From: Epithemia pelagica
Lineage: Eukaryota; Protista; Bacillariophyta
Direction: 5' to 3'
DNA length: 64,000 bases
Assembly: GCA_946965045.2 (NCBI GenBank)
Contig: OX337232.1
Location: forward strand, 2,790,001 to 2,854,000
Part shown: positions 10,691 to 21,354 of the stretch, one piece after another
Position numbering within the stretch: position 1 is the stretch's first letter
How the letters are laid out: each line of letters opens with the position of its first letter
Program-made: the position numbers and the translations under genes
Notes under the pieces: model-generated
Database searches by the model: none
What the model saw: only the letters and a program-made list of their open reading frames with translations
What the model was told of the DNA's origin: nothing

Positions 10691-12529
10691 ATGAAAGTTC
10701 CAGAATATAGTCTATCGGTAGACGAGCTTCGAGTCGCCCTCAGCTATTATTTTGGTCCCGACAACAACACCGAGACAACTGCAGCTGCAACCAAAAAGAC
10801 AAGCCCAGTCACTGCGACCGTTGACAAGACGACAGAGAAGACCAAGGAGCCAGTCATTGATCCTCGTCGCGCCAAACAATCCTCCTCGAGAACCATGTCA
10901 CCCTTTACCGCCGAACACATTGCCGAATGGGCCTCGTTTGGTCCCAAACTCAAGGGAAAACCCACACCCGAACAACAAGCGGCCGCCCAAGAACGCAAGG
11001 TGAAATGTGGAGCCATGAAAAAACGACTGGCAGAAGAACTCAATGATCCTACCAATTGGACGGAGAAAAAGATTGAAAAGGAATTGGATCGTTTGGTGGA
11101 AGAAAAAAATAGTGGGACAGTGACAATCACGGAACGACCCTCGTATTTGGATGCACCACAAGGAACGCGTGATTTTTATCCCCACGAAATGAAGATTCGC
11201 AATTGGTTGTTTGGATCCATGCGAGAAACCGCCTTGGCCTTTGGATTTTCCGAATACGATGCTCCCGTCTTGGAACATGTGGAATTGTACGAACGCAAGG
11301 CCGGCGAAGAAATTGTGACGCAAATGTATGCCTTTCGCGATCAAGAAAATGACCATGTAACCTTACGACCCGAAATGACACCCACCTTGGCCCGGTTGGT
11401 TTTGAACAAGACCAATTTACAAACGGGCGAAGTCCGGTTGACCTTACCACTCAAGTGGTTTTCCATTCCGCAGTGTTGGCGCTTTGAAACGACGCAACGA
11501 GGACGGAAACGAGAGCATTACCAATGGAATATGGACATTGTCGGTGTCGACCATGTCCATGCTGAATTGGAACTACTGGCGGCCGCCTGTGACTTTTTTA
11601 AACGCATTGGCATTGGACCAGATGTGGTGGGCATCAAGGTCAATTCACGGGCTGTGTTGGAAGCCCTCTTGGCCAAGTACGATATCACCAAGAACTCACC
11701 CACTGGCGGAGACGAGGGCGGAGACTTGTTTGCCAAGGCGTGTGTGATTATTGACAAATTGGACAAGATTGGTGGAGATGCCGTTGTGGAACTCTTGGGA
11801 GAGATTAATGTGCCCGAACAATCGTCTCGAGACATTCTCAAGGCCTTGGAGGCACCATCGATTGACGTGTTGGCGGATATGATTGGAAGTGAATCCGAAT
11901 CCATTACCGAATTAAAGCGTCTCTTTGTGTTGGCGCAGGACTATGGCTTTGCCGATTATCTTATTTTTGATGCCAGTGTCGTTCGAGGTTTGGCCTATTA
12001 CACGGGCATTGTGTGGGAAGCCTTTGATCGACGGGGGGAATTGCGAGCTATCATGGGTGGAGGTCGGTACGATCGATTGTTGGAATTGTACGGTGGTCCC
12101 AAATGTCAAATTTCCTGTGTGGGATTTGGGTTTGGCGATTGCGTCATTATGGAATTGTTGCAGGATTTGGGCAAGGTTCCCGATTTTTCCGAAGGCAATG
12201 TGGACTATGTCGTGTGTGCCCTTTCGGCCGATTTGTACGGCGCCGCCGCCAAGATTGCGGCCGGTTTGCGAAGCTTTGGGAACAATCGGGTCGATCTCAT
12301 GCCGACACCGAAAAAGAAGGTGGCCAATAGTTTTAAACATGCCGATCAAATTGGTGCTCGACGCATGGTCTTTGTGGCACCGGATGAAATTGCCAAGGGC
12401 GTGGTCCGCATCAAAGATTTGCGAACCAAGGTACAAGGGACGGGGGAAGCGGTCCAAGTCGATGTACCCTTGGATCAATTGGAGACCGTGGATGCACTCA
12501 TTGAACAAGCAGCTTCGACGAGTGCCTAG
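10691..12529 (+). CDS. hisS: Histidyl-tRNA synthetase (bacterial/plant-organellar type) with an N-terminal extension
   Basis: Motifs PQGTRDF, LRPEMTPTLAR, QCWRFE..QRGRKREHYQWNMD, VRGLAYYTG and GGGRYD, plus a C-terminal anticodon-binding domain. Confidence 0.95.
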   Translation: MKVPEYSLSVDELRVALSYYFGPDNNTETTAAATKKTSPVTATVDKTTEKTKEPVIDPRRAKQSSSRTMSPFTAEHIAEWASFGPKLKGKPTPEQQAAAQERKVKCGAMKKRLAEELNDPTNWTEKKIEKELDRLVEEKNSGTVTITERPSYLDAPQGTRDFYPHEMKIRNWLFGSMRETALAFGFSEYDAPVLEHVELYERKAGEEIVTQMYAFRDQENDHVTLRPEMTPTLARLVLNKTNLQTGEVRLTLPLKWFSIPQCWRFETTQRGRKREHYQWNMDIVGVDHVHAELELLAAACDFFKRIGIGPDVVGIKVNSRAVLEALLAKYDITKNSPTGGDEGGDLFAKACVIIDKLDKIGGDAVVELLGEINVPEQSSRDILKALEAPSIDVLADMIGSESESITELKRLFVLAQDYGFADYLIFDASVVRGLAYYTGIVWEAFDRRGELRAIMGGGRYDRLLELYGGPKCQISCVGFGFGDCVIMELLQDLGKVPDFSEGNVDYVVCALSADLYGAAAKIAAGLRSFGNNRVDLMPTPKKKVANSFKHADQIGARRMVFVAPDEIAKGVVRIKDLRTKVQGTGEAVQVDVPLDQLETVDALIEQAASTSA

Positions 12530-13011
12530 CAAAAGTGAAGAACGATTGCCAATAACAACCATCATGCCAGTTATCGATAGGTAGGGATCTAGTGTAACGT
12601 CACCATCATTCCTATCTTTACTCCAACTACATGTACCATTTCGAATAGCTGATTTCGAGGCTGGGTTGTCAAGTTGTAGGAGGACGAAACCTTGCCATGA
12701 GTTTTCATGTTTTTTGTGTGCGCAGAAATCTGAATTCGTCATCTATCCAAGACGCCGCCCTTGGATACCCACCACCATAACATGAGTTTGCAACGAATCA
12801 TGGGCGCGCGGATTGTGAACCATTCTGTCATTACAAATGGTAGTACTTCAACGTCACCATCCTTTGTGTGTTCCTCTCTTCCTGAATCGTGAATTGAAAT
12901 GTCCCAAGAACGGGAAGGAAAGAGGACTCTGCTTTTCCATTTTGCTCTCCGCATCCTCCTCAAGATAGTATGGGACTAAAAAGTCTGGACGAAACAATTC
13001 AATTCATTCCG

Positions 13012-13431
13012 TCAATCTAGCACCACGAATTCCGTTTCCGTCGTGTTGGACGGACGACGGAGACCGGTTGTATTGGAAATGATCAAAAACGGCCGGGTCT
13101 GATCCTCATCCCCAATCATCATACCACCATCCCCTCCTCCTGCAACAACATTGTTCCACCACAAAGCCTTCCAATTCACTTGGACGACAAAGGTGGGAGG
13201 AGGTTGGGACGATCCCGGGGTCCATCCCAATCCAAATCGACACAGCGCGTACAGGCCATACAAAAAGACCACCAAGGCCAACAAGTGATTGACCGCCATG
13301 CGCAAGAGTGCGTCGTCTTGTGGATTTCCTTCGTTGTCATTGCCGTCTAGGAGTCCTCCACCATTGGGGTTGTTGCGACGCACACGACGTCGCATCATCG
13401 TTTGGGTGGGTGTGAGAATGTGATCCATCAT
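13012..13431 (-). CDS. Small hypothetical membrane protein
   Basis: 139-aa ORF with one clear hydrophobic segment (LLALVVFLYGLYALCRFGLGW). Confidence 0.5.
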   Translation of the reverse strand: MMDHILTPTQTMMRRRVRRNNPNGGGLLDGNDNEGNPQDDALLRMAVNHLLALVVFLYGLYALCRFGLGWTPGSSQPPPTFVVQVNWKALWWNNVVAGGGDGGMMIGDEDQTRPFLIISNTTGLRRPSNTTETEFVVLD

Positions 13432-13498
13432 GGCCGGATGAGAGTTCGAAATGTGATGGATGACTCATCCAGCATTAAAACGATAGGTAGTTCATACT

Positions 13499-15265
13499 AT
13501 GTTTGCTTATACTAAGGTGAACTTGAACTCCCCATCACTTATCTCCTTGCTCCTTTCGAAACCCGTGTCATGCATTTTATCACTGACCACTCTGTCCTCA
13601 CGATCTAAGAAAGAAAATTGTCCGCCAACACCATGGTATTCGAGGACAACCATGTCCAGCTGTAGCATTCTCCGACAAAATCATGGCAACAACAACAACA
13701 ACAACGAGAAACGGTGGTCCATGTCGTATGATCGCATGATCCAGTCCTGGACCTATGGGATTCATCTTTGGGAACAAGAAGGAGCCTATTTGGAAGCCAT
13801 GCAACTGTGGGAGACGGCCCTTCTGGAACTCCCCTTGGTGGCACCCGAACTCTCCTCCTCCTCTGAAACACTTGACGATGAAAGGGTAGTAGCTCAACTG
13901 TTGGGAGATCGCAAGGAGCATGATTCGTGGGACGAGATTCCCTTGTTGCCTCCACGAGTCCATCGTGGCCAAAACGACCAAGATGACGACGACGAAGAAG
14001 AAGAAGCAGCAACCCGAATGGCGGATCGGGTGGCTCCCCTTCTCTTGTTTTTGGCTGGCTGTTTCATGGATGCTGGACAGTACTGCAAGGCACGGCAGTA
14101 TTGTCGTGCCACTTGGAAATTTGCACACTTGCGAAGAGGCCAGGAGCAAGAGACTCCAAACACCGAGTGGTTGTACGACAACAACAACAACAACACGTCG
14201 CCGTGGCAGGCCGATAGCTACAAGGGCATTCATGCGCACACAATTCTGGTCGAATACATGGCTGCCTGGGAAGAAGATCCAGACATTGCACACGCCTGGA
14301 GAATTTGTCGTCCCATTGTGCAACAAGCCTTCCAACAACAACAACAACAGTCGTCCAAAACGCCATGGTCCCTCGCGTGGCACTCTCCCTATCAACGACC
14401 TCCCTTTGTGTGGAATTTCCAAACAACAAATTCATCCGGGAGTCTCCCACCCGTGTGTCCCCGTGATCAACATCCGGCATGGTGTCGTGGATTGGAGGAC
14501 CAATACGCTGTCATTTGTCAAGAATTTCTCGACTTGTGTCATGGTCACAAGGGCCGATCGAATGGCCACACCAACAACAACAACAACAACAACAACAACA
14601 ACCATACATTTCCTTCTCATTGGCCCGTCGTGGGAGATGGCGCACATCGAGAGGGTGCCGGATCCCACGATGGATCCGTCGTTCGACGAGCTGTATCTGG
14701 TTCGGGTGTTGCCAGCAATGGGGAGGATGGTGGTGGTGTTGCCGAGTGGCGTGAATGGGTCTTGTTTGGATCCGGTGCCACTACGGGAGGAGCACCGCAA
14801 ACGCGCGCCTGGATTCAACAACACATTCCACAAGCTGTGGAATTGGCACAAGCGGGTGGTGGTGAAGTCATTTTTAGTGTGTTGGCTCCCAATACCCACA
14901 TTGCACCTCATTGTGCCAGTACCAATCTTCGATGGACGGCCCATTTGGGATTGGTTGTCGCGCAACCGGACGACACTAATGAGGACTCGAAGAAGAACGA
15001 TCCTACTACCGCCGTACACCGGATTCGTGTCGCCGATACGTGGTATACCTGGAAACCGGGTGGTGTCTTTGTCTTTGACGATTCCCACGAGCATGAAGTG
15101 TGGAATACCAGTATGACAGAGTATCGTGCCGTCTTGTTGTTGCGGTTTTGGCATCCCCATTTCGGTACGGTCCAAGAACAAACACGTGCCCTTCAACACG
15201 CCTTGGCCTGGAAACAACTCGATCAAGACAAACGTCAGTATCCGCCCCATCCACCCGTGATATGA
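13499..15265 (+). CDS. Aspartyl/asparaginyl beta-hydroxylase domain protein (Fe/2OG dioxygenase); true start probably a downstream ATG
   Basis: C-terminal FSVLAPNTHIAPHCASTNLRWTAHLGL and FDDSHEHEVWN...RAVLLLRFWHP motifs; poly-N and poly-Q tracts from (AAC)n. Confidence 0.85.
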   Translation: MFAYTKVNLNSPSLISLLLSKPVSCILSLTTLSSRSKKENCPPTPWYSRTTMSSCSILRQNHGNNNNNNEKRWSMSYDRMIQSWTYGIHLWEQEGAYLEAMQLWETALLELPLVAPELSSSSETLDDERVVAQLLGDRKEHDSWDEIPLLPPRVHRGQNDQDDDDEEEEAATRMADRVAPLLLFLAGCFMDAGQYCKARQYCRATWKFAHLRRGQEQETPNTEWLYDNNNNNTSPWQADSYKGIHAHTILVEYMAAWEEDPDIAHAWRICRPIVQQAFQQQQQQSSKTPWSLAWHSPYQRPPFVWNFQTTNSSGSLPPVCPRDQHPAWCRGLEDQYAVICQEFLDLCHGHKGRSNGHTNNNNNNNNNNHTFPSHWPVVGDGAHREGAGSHDGSVVRRAVSGSGVASNGEDGGGVAEWREWVLFGSGATTGGAPQTRAWIQQHIPQAVELAQAGGGEVIFSVLAPNTHIAPHCASTNLRWTAHLGLVVAQPDDTNEDSKKNDPTTAVHRIRVADTWYTWKPGGVFVFDDSHEHEVWNTSMTEYRAVLLLRFWHPHFGTVQEQTRALQHALAWKQLDQDKRQYPPHPPVI

Positions 15266-15705
15266 AAACACACACGCACGTATCCGTGTAGGTCTGGAGG
15301 ATGCATGGTTGGTCATGAAACCCTTTGGTCTCGTCGCGGTGGATTCTTTGTGTTGGTGGTTGGCAAAGCTGTCATGCGGCTCGATCCCTCCACGCTACAG
15401 GCAACACCCTTACTGGATGCTCTTCTGGTTACGGATTCACGCCGTGTGTTGGGATGATCGAGACCGAAGAAAAGCATACCACAACGAATTTATGCAATGA
15501 CAATTTTTTCTTGAAATACGGACAGACACAAACAGTCCGAGATGATGCCTTCTCTCTATAAAGTCCAAAGATATGGCCCGGTGCATTCTGGAGGACGAGG
15601 AAACACCTATACGCGACTGTCTTCGGAGAACTTGACGCAGATCATTCTAGTTTATAAATTTCAATAACTGATTCAAACAAGGAAGGATGAAGTAGATGCG
15701 ACGGA

Positions 15706-18700
15706 TCAAACATCAGCTTCTTGAATGCAGGACTTCACCACATGTGTTTTCTTCTTCTTTTTCATGTTGATTTTCTTAGACAGCTTGGTCATTGGCGTTT
15801 CTGTCCTCATAGTTTGAGACTGCACGCCAAGAGTCAAAGCCGTTTTCTCTGTGGCACCCTCCGCTCGCGCCCCGACCATCGCAGCTGCCTCTTGTTCCGC
15901 TGTCGAGTGTGCCTCATTTCGGTCACTCGTTGCGTTGGTGGTAGTTGTTTTATCGGTGTCTCCTGAATCTTCCGCGTTCGTGCTACCACTTCCTGGCCCT
16001 TTTCCCGTTGCTGCCTCATTTCCCTTCTTCAGAACAGCGCCTTCATATATCGCATTTGTGGTGGAGGCCTTCCTTTGCCCGGTACCATGCGCATAGTTAC
16101 CGATAATCGAGGCTGTTTCTTCTCCAGTTGCCGGTTCCACCTCATATCTCTCATTGGTTGCATTGGCAGCAGCTACTTCGTCTGCATCTCGTGCATTATC
16201 TACTTCCGTGGTGTCGTCTCCTGACCTTCCTTCCCTTGTCTCAACGCTTCCTTCGATCCCATGCGCCAAGGCATCGACTGTCGTAGCTATTTCTTGTTGA
16301 CCTGATGACTGTACATCATCTTTGTCTCCAAGTGAAGCGGCGGCAACACCTTCGTTTTCATCTCCTGTTTCCTCCACTTCCTTGTCGCGATCTCCTGATC
16401 CTTTTTCCGTTGTTTCCCCATTTTCCTCCTTTACAGCAACACCTCGGTTCAATCCATTTGGATTGCGAGCCTTTTGATGCCCGTATCCCTGAGCGATAGT
16501 CGCGGACGTTTCCTCATTTCTTTCATTGGTTACATTGGCAGCAGATGCTTCGTCTGGATGTCCCGAATTCTCCACTTCCCTGTTGTCATTGACCAAATCT
16601 TTTCTCATTGCTTCCAAATTTTCCTCCTTCACAACACTAACTCGAGTTGGCCTTTCACCGGCACCCTCTGCAGTGTAACTGATACTCGAGGCGGCTTCTT
16701 TTTCAGTTTCAGATTCTACTTCAGCTCTATTGGTGGTGACAGCTTGTTTTGTACCTGGCGATTCGTCCACTTCCATGTCCTCATCCCCTGATTCTTCCTC
16801 GTCCATATCACTAGGATGAAGGGCAGACTCGTTCTGATGTTTGTCGTTTGCTACACTGTCATGACTTTTTGCTGTTGCTGGCTTCTCGTGCTGGATTTCA
16901 CCAGACTCCGTGTTTTGATTCGCGCCAGTTTGAGTTGGAGCAGGTCTATTAGCATTGGGATCTCCTCGACTCATTGAGGATGTCACATTGTATTGAGCAG
17001 TCGATTGTTTCGCAGTTGCATCAATCCTGGCGGCCTTGGTGGCAACCTCTTTGTCGTTTACTTGCGCTCGTTGGTCCTCTTTCCTGTCCATGGAAGGAAC
17101 GGTAGTGCTCTTCCGTCCAACATGAGCATGGCTGTCCTCTGTGGGAGGTTGAGCTGGACTTGGCTCGTCCTTGACTACTGGTTTCTCTTCAGATTCTTGT
17201 GGTACCGTTTCGGACTTGGGTTTTTGATATGGAACAAAAACAACCTCCCCTTCGACCTTGATAGACGACGAGATCACAGCATCGGGACTTGCCGTACCAT
17301 TGGCACCCGTTGAGTTCGCCCCACTCGCCAATTCTGTCTTGTTGTCTACAGCGACATCAGATTCGTTTGCCTCTTGTGTCTTGTCCCCTCCGAGCTTGAA
17401 AGACCACGAGATCCGGGCCTTGGGAGTTGCCGCAGCTGTGCCACCCGTTGAGTTCGCCCCACTTGTCGACTGTTTCTTTTTGTCGTCTGCGGCATCAGAT
17501 TCGTTTGGCTCTTGTGCTGTGTCCTTGGAATTGGCACTGGCCTCTTTTGTTGTGTCCTTGGAATTGTCGCCGGATGAGTGAGGACGTGCACCATTTGGGA
17601 CCTGGTTCGCAGTTGGAGCTTCTTGGGGCGGGGCATCTGCAGCTGGAGCCTCATTTGGTGACTCGTCTGCAGTGGTTGTCGCAGCAGAGTTCGCCCCACC
17701 TATCGATTCTTTCTTGTGGTCCTCAGCGGCATCAGATTCGTTTGCCTCTTGTGCTTTGCTATTGGAAATGTCGTTGGAAAAGTCAGGATGGACCTGGTTC
17801 GCAGTTGGAGCTTCCTGGGGTGGGACATCTGCATCTGGGGCCTCATTTGGCGACTCGTCTGCAGTGGGCATTTCATTTTGCACGTCGCCAGCATTTGGGA
17901 ATATATTTGGCGAGTCGTCTGTCGTGGAGAATGTATCTGGCACGTCGTCTCCTGCAAAGACTGTATCCATGAAGTCATCTGGGGTGGGTGCTCGATCGAC
18001 CAAATCGTTGTAGGCATTCAGCCCAGTGTTGTCTTCCGGGGGTGGAAGGGACGCTTCTTCGGCTGGGAGCTCTGGCGTCTTCTCCCATTGAAATTGATAA
18101 AAAGGTTGCTGAGATGGTTGGTCGTCAATACCACCGACAAACTTGCCTTGTAGAGGCCGCAAGACATGTTCCAAGACCGGAATGCTACGTGCACTACCAA
18201 TCAAACGTTTCTTGTATTCTTCCGCTGTCAAACGCTCCGTGCTTCCTCGGGGGTACATTTGCAAGTAAAACTCCGGAGATCCTTGCCCATCATCCTGCAC
18301 GTCCAGGTGATAGGCATCTTTTCTGCCATGATATGCCCCTCGAAAGATGTAGAATCGACTGTCCAACTTGTTTCGCCAATGTTCTGAAAGGTCGGATCCA
18401 TCGGGGGACTGTGATAGCGGGAGACGGTTCTCGACCAAAATATCCATAATTGCCTTGTACAGTTCCTCAATTGGATTTAGATAATCCAAGGTAAAGCCCA
18501 TGAGCGCTGCGCGCTCCATCGCGGAAATGAATCGTTCTTGATAGCTTGGAGGATCGGTGTTTACTTTTTTGTAAACAGCCATGTTTTCGCTATCCAATGC
18601 CCGCTTCGATGACATGAGGGTTCGAACTTTGCCACCCACCATTTTAGGTTCATAAAACATGTAAGGAAGCAGGAACCTTTCTTCAGCATTGTTGTTCTGT

Positions 18701-20007
18701 TTTTCCAAATCTAGGCAACACGCTGGATCAGTCTCGGAGGTGGGCCCTGCAAAGTCAAAGGCATTCAGAGGAATGTTCGTGAAGTACGTGTTGCGGCGAA
18801 CGCAAGGCGAAAAATATTGGGCGTCCAACGTTACGTGCCACTGAAGATCGAGCGACTTGAGGATGACTTCACGATTGTCCTTTTCTTCTTCCAACTGAGC
18901 GGTATCTACTACGAATAAGAGGGGTGTCCCTTTTTGTTTGGGATGGTTCTTTATGTTTTGAACCATGCTTCCAACGCGTACCACGTAGGAACCTGTGAGA
19001 CCATGTACGCCATCTCGAGAAGGATCCAATCCAGGAGGAGAGGCTAACAAAAGGTCAATGGGACCATACTCTTCAATGACATGATCCAATCTCTGTTCTA
19101 CCTCTTCAAAGGTATCGTAATGAACAAAGTGCGGGCTTGTTGTTGAAGAAGAAACTCGCTGACCACATGAGGTACTCGTCTCCGCCTTCACATACTTGGC
19201 GTCGTGATTGGATCGGCACACATGCGTGGCGAGCTTGTCATGTTCGACATGAATTACTCTGGCAAGGGGGATTCCCAGTCTTTTCAATGCTAATTGCCCA
19301 CTTCCAATTCCTCCAAATAAATCTAAGACAACGGCCGACCGGTGAACAATTGGCAGTCTCTGAAACCATTCCCGATTTCGACAATATTCGGTATTTGCGT
19401 CCAGCAGAGTAATCGGATTGGAAGAACTGTTAGTAATGTCAAATTCAGACTCTTGTGGTCGACTGAGGAGGTATTTCTCGCGAACCTTGCCGTTTAAAAT
19501 CGTTCGAAGTTCCACACCAGGAAGTTCCATCTCACCAGTGAGAATGTCTGGACACAATTCATCAATGGTGTAATCCATTGGAAGCGCTGTTTCATACTCC
19601 ACTGTCCGAATAGAGTGACAACATTGCCGATGAAAGTAATGATCAGGCGAGGTTTGCATAAGTTGTGAATTGTCTGGACAGTTGCAGGTGCAAAAATCGC
19701 AACAAAAATGAATCCATTGGAGAAATTGTGCATCCGTCCAATTCTTAGCCTTATTTTCCGACTCAGAGGCTGCCTCCCGATGACTTCTATCAATTGTTCG
19801 TCGTTGTTTGTAACTGGGCAGTTTGCTGGTTTGGGAAGATGAGGCTTCGGCTGGAGGAGGACTGTCTGGTGACTCCTCCTCGTCGTCATCGCGTGATCTC
19901 CTTCGGGTTCTCCGAGAGGCGCTTGTTGACCTTCGACTCCGGGAAGACGGTCTACTGGACGAAGCGGAAGCGGTTGCTTTACGCTTGGGAGCCTTACTTC
20001 GTGCCAT
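15706..20007 (-). CDS. DNMT3-like C5 DNA methyltransferase-fold protein with degenerate catalytic motifs and a long disordered C-terminal tail
   Basis: Motif I VLDLFGGIGSG. YGPIDLLLASPPG aligns to DNMT3 WGPFDLVIGGSPC. DAQYFSPCVRRNTYFTNIP aligns to the motif VIII region. ERAALMGF. KRLIGSARSIPVLEHVLRPL aligns to motif X (RLLGRSWSVPVIRHLFAPL). The domain spans ~18150-19340. Confidence 0.8.
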   Translation of the reverse strand: MARSKAPKRKATASASSSRPSSRSRRSTSASRRTRRRSRDDDEEESPDSPPPAEASSSQTSKLPSYKQRRTIDRSHREAASESENKAKNWTDAQFLQWIHFCCDFCTCNCPDNSQLMQTSPDHYFHRQCCHSIRTVEYETALPMDYTIDELCPDILTGEMELPGVELRTILNGKVREKYLLSRPQESEFDITNSSSNPITLLDANTEYCRNREWFQRLPIVHRSAVVLDLFGGIGSGQLALKRLGIPLARVIHVEHDKLATHVCRSNHDAKYVKAETSTSCGQRVSSSTTSPHFVHYDTFEEVEQRLDHVIEEYGPIDLLLASPPGLDPSRDGVHGLTGSYVVRVGSMVQNIKNHPKQKGTPLLFVVDTAQLEEEKDNREVILKSLDLQWHVTLDAQYFSPCVRRNTYFTNIPLNAFDFAGPTSETDPACCLDLEKQNNNAEERFLLPYMFYEPKMVGGKVRTLMSSKRALDSENMAVYKKVNTDPPSYQERFISAMERAALMGFTLDYLNPIEELYKAIMDILVENRLPLSQSPDGSDLSEHWRNKLDSRFYIFRGAYHGRKDAYHLDVQDDGQGSPEFYLQMYPRGSTERLTAEEYKKRLIGSARSIPVLEHVLRPLQGKFVGGIDDQPSQQPFYQFQWEKTPELPAEEASLPPPEDNTGLNAYNDLVDRAPTPDDFMDTVFAGDDVPDTFSTTDDSPNIFPNAGDVQNEMPTADESPNEAPDADVPPQEAPTANQVHPDFSNDISNSKAQEANESDAAEDHKKESIGGANSAATTTADESPNEAPAADAPPQEAPTANQVPNGARPHSSGDNSKDTTKEASANSKDTAQEPNESDAADDKKKQSTSGANSTGGTAAATPKARISWSFKLGGDKTQEANESDVAVDNKTELASGANSTGANGTASPDAVISSSIKVEGEVVFVPYQKPKSETVPQESEEKPVVKDEPSPAQPPTEDSHAHVGRKSTTVPSMDRKEDQRAQVNDKEVATKAARIDATAKQSTAQYNVTSSMSRGDPNANRPAPTQTGANQNTESGEIQHEKPATAKSHDSVANDKHQNESALHPSDMDEEESGDEDMEVDESPGTKQAVTTNRAEVESETEKEAASSISYTAEGAGERPTRVSVVKEENLEAMRKDLVNDNREVENSGHPDEASAANVTNERNEETSATIAQGYGHQKARNPNGLNRGVAVKEENGETTEKGSGDRDKEVEETGDENEGVAAASLGDKDDVQSSGQQEIATTVDALAHGIEGSVETREGRSGDDTTEVDNARDADEVAAANATNERYEVEPATGEETASIIGNYAHGTGQRKASTTNAIYEGAVLKKGNEAATGKGPGSGSTNAEDSGDTDKTTTTNATSDRNEAHSTAEQEAAAMVGARAEGATEKTALTLGVQSQTMRTETPMTKLSKKINMKKKKKTHVVKSCIQEADV

Positions 20008-21354
20008 GGTCCAAACAAGTTATCTTTCTCCAGAATTTTGCATGACACCGCGTCGTGGGTTTTTGCGGGGAACAAGATCGCAAACGCAAACCGCTTTGAC
20101 TTTGAGTCACGGTGACATTCACACAGTGAGTGTAGTGACTGTGGTTCTAATTGCAACTCGTGACTCAACCCGGATGGAACACGTGGCGTCATGGACGTTT
20201 GCACCAAAATCTGAGACACAAAAATGAGCGGCAGAAAAAAATGCAACCCAACGGTATGACGACTCTCGTTGCTCATTGCTAACGGCTAGTATGACACTTG
20301 ACTTCAGAGACTTATGATGCTTTGGCACTCTTCGACACACACAAAGTTTTGTGCATCCGTGCATGTCGAGCCAGAAAGTTTGGTGATAACTGTCATGCAG
20401 AAATGCCAGTGCATGATGAGATTTTCGACATGAGACCACATCAAGGTCCGAATGATGGAACATTGTCTCGAAGAATTGCTCCTTTCCTCAATAACTTGAA
20501 CAAAACGAGCCGTCTGCTGAAAGTTCGAGCGAAGCAGAGAAGAAAAGCACCACACCAGAACTGGAAACCACGAGTATTTTACCAACGACGGAAAACCACG
20601 AGAACCGCTCAAAACTGCGTTCCCATGCTATATATCGGATCCGGTGATGGCAGTTCTCGAATAGGTTGTGGCCCGCCGTAGAAATTCTACTTCAGAATTC
20701 TCTGGAAAAAGTTTCTTGGAGGGACGATGAAACCTGGTTCAACGCAGTATCCACAAAGTACGAAACAAACCAAATGGATATTGGCGGCAACTGAGTGACT
20801 TGCTCGCCCCATCCAGCAAAGATCTCTGAGCGCAAACAAAATGTAATGGGTGGCCGATTCTTTATGGCTGCGATCTGGGACACAGAACCAGCACGCAAAA
20901 AGTTTTCTCGTAAAATTATCTTCAGCATGCAAAGGGCTACCTTCTCCGCAAACAAGGAAAGGGTTTGATGTGCGATCAAACGCTCTGACAAACACACTCA
21001 CACATTTGTCAATAGGGACTGCAGGTCGACTGAAACAGCACATTCTAACGATACCTCAAATTGACACAGGAAGCCTCGTGACAAGTGCCAAATCATACAA
21101 AAGAATTGCAATAAGCATATTCAGACGACTTTGTGTTGTGAGAAGCCAGTCAAAATGTAACCTACAAATGAAAAAAGCTCTTAAAGCGATAGCAAATGTT
21201 TTAGAGGTTCTCAAGGCGGTGATAGTAGCTATTTGTGTTCAAAATTGATAAAATTGCAAGGCTCAAGCTCAACAAAAATGATGGTGCCTTGGTAATCATA
21301 GGCATCAAAGGTGAGTGATGGCGTTGGCTAAATTCGGGTCGGCGAAATGATATA

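Noticed and set aside
13598-15316. Multiple long alternative-frame and antisense ORFs over the hydroxylase gene.
   Set aside because: They are shadows of a GC-balanced coding region and microsatellites; only 13499..15265 carries the domain motifs.
20100-21250. Several 100-130-aa ORFs between the DNMT3-like gene and the next gene.
   Set aside because: No motifs, mutually overlapping and often non-ATG; treated as intergenic.
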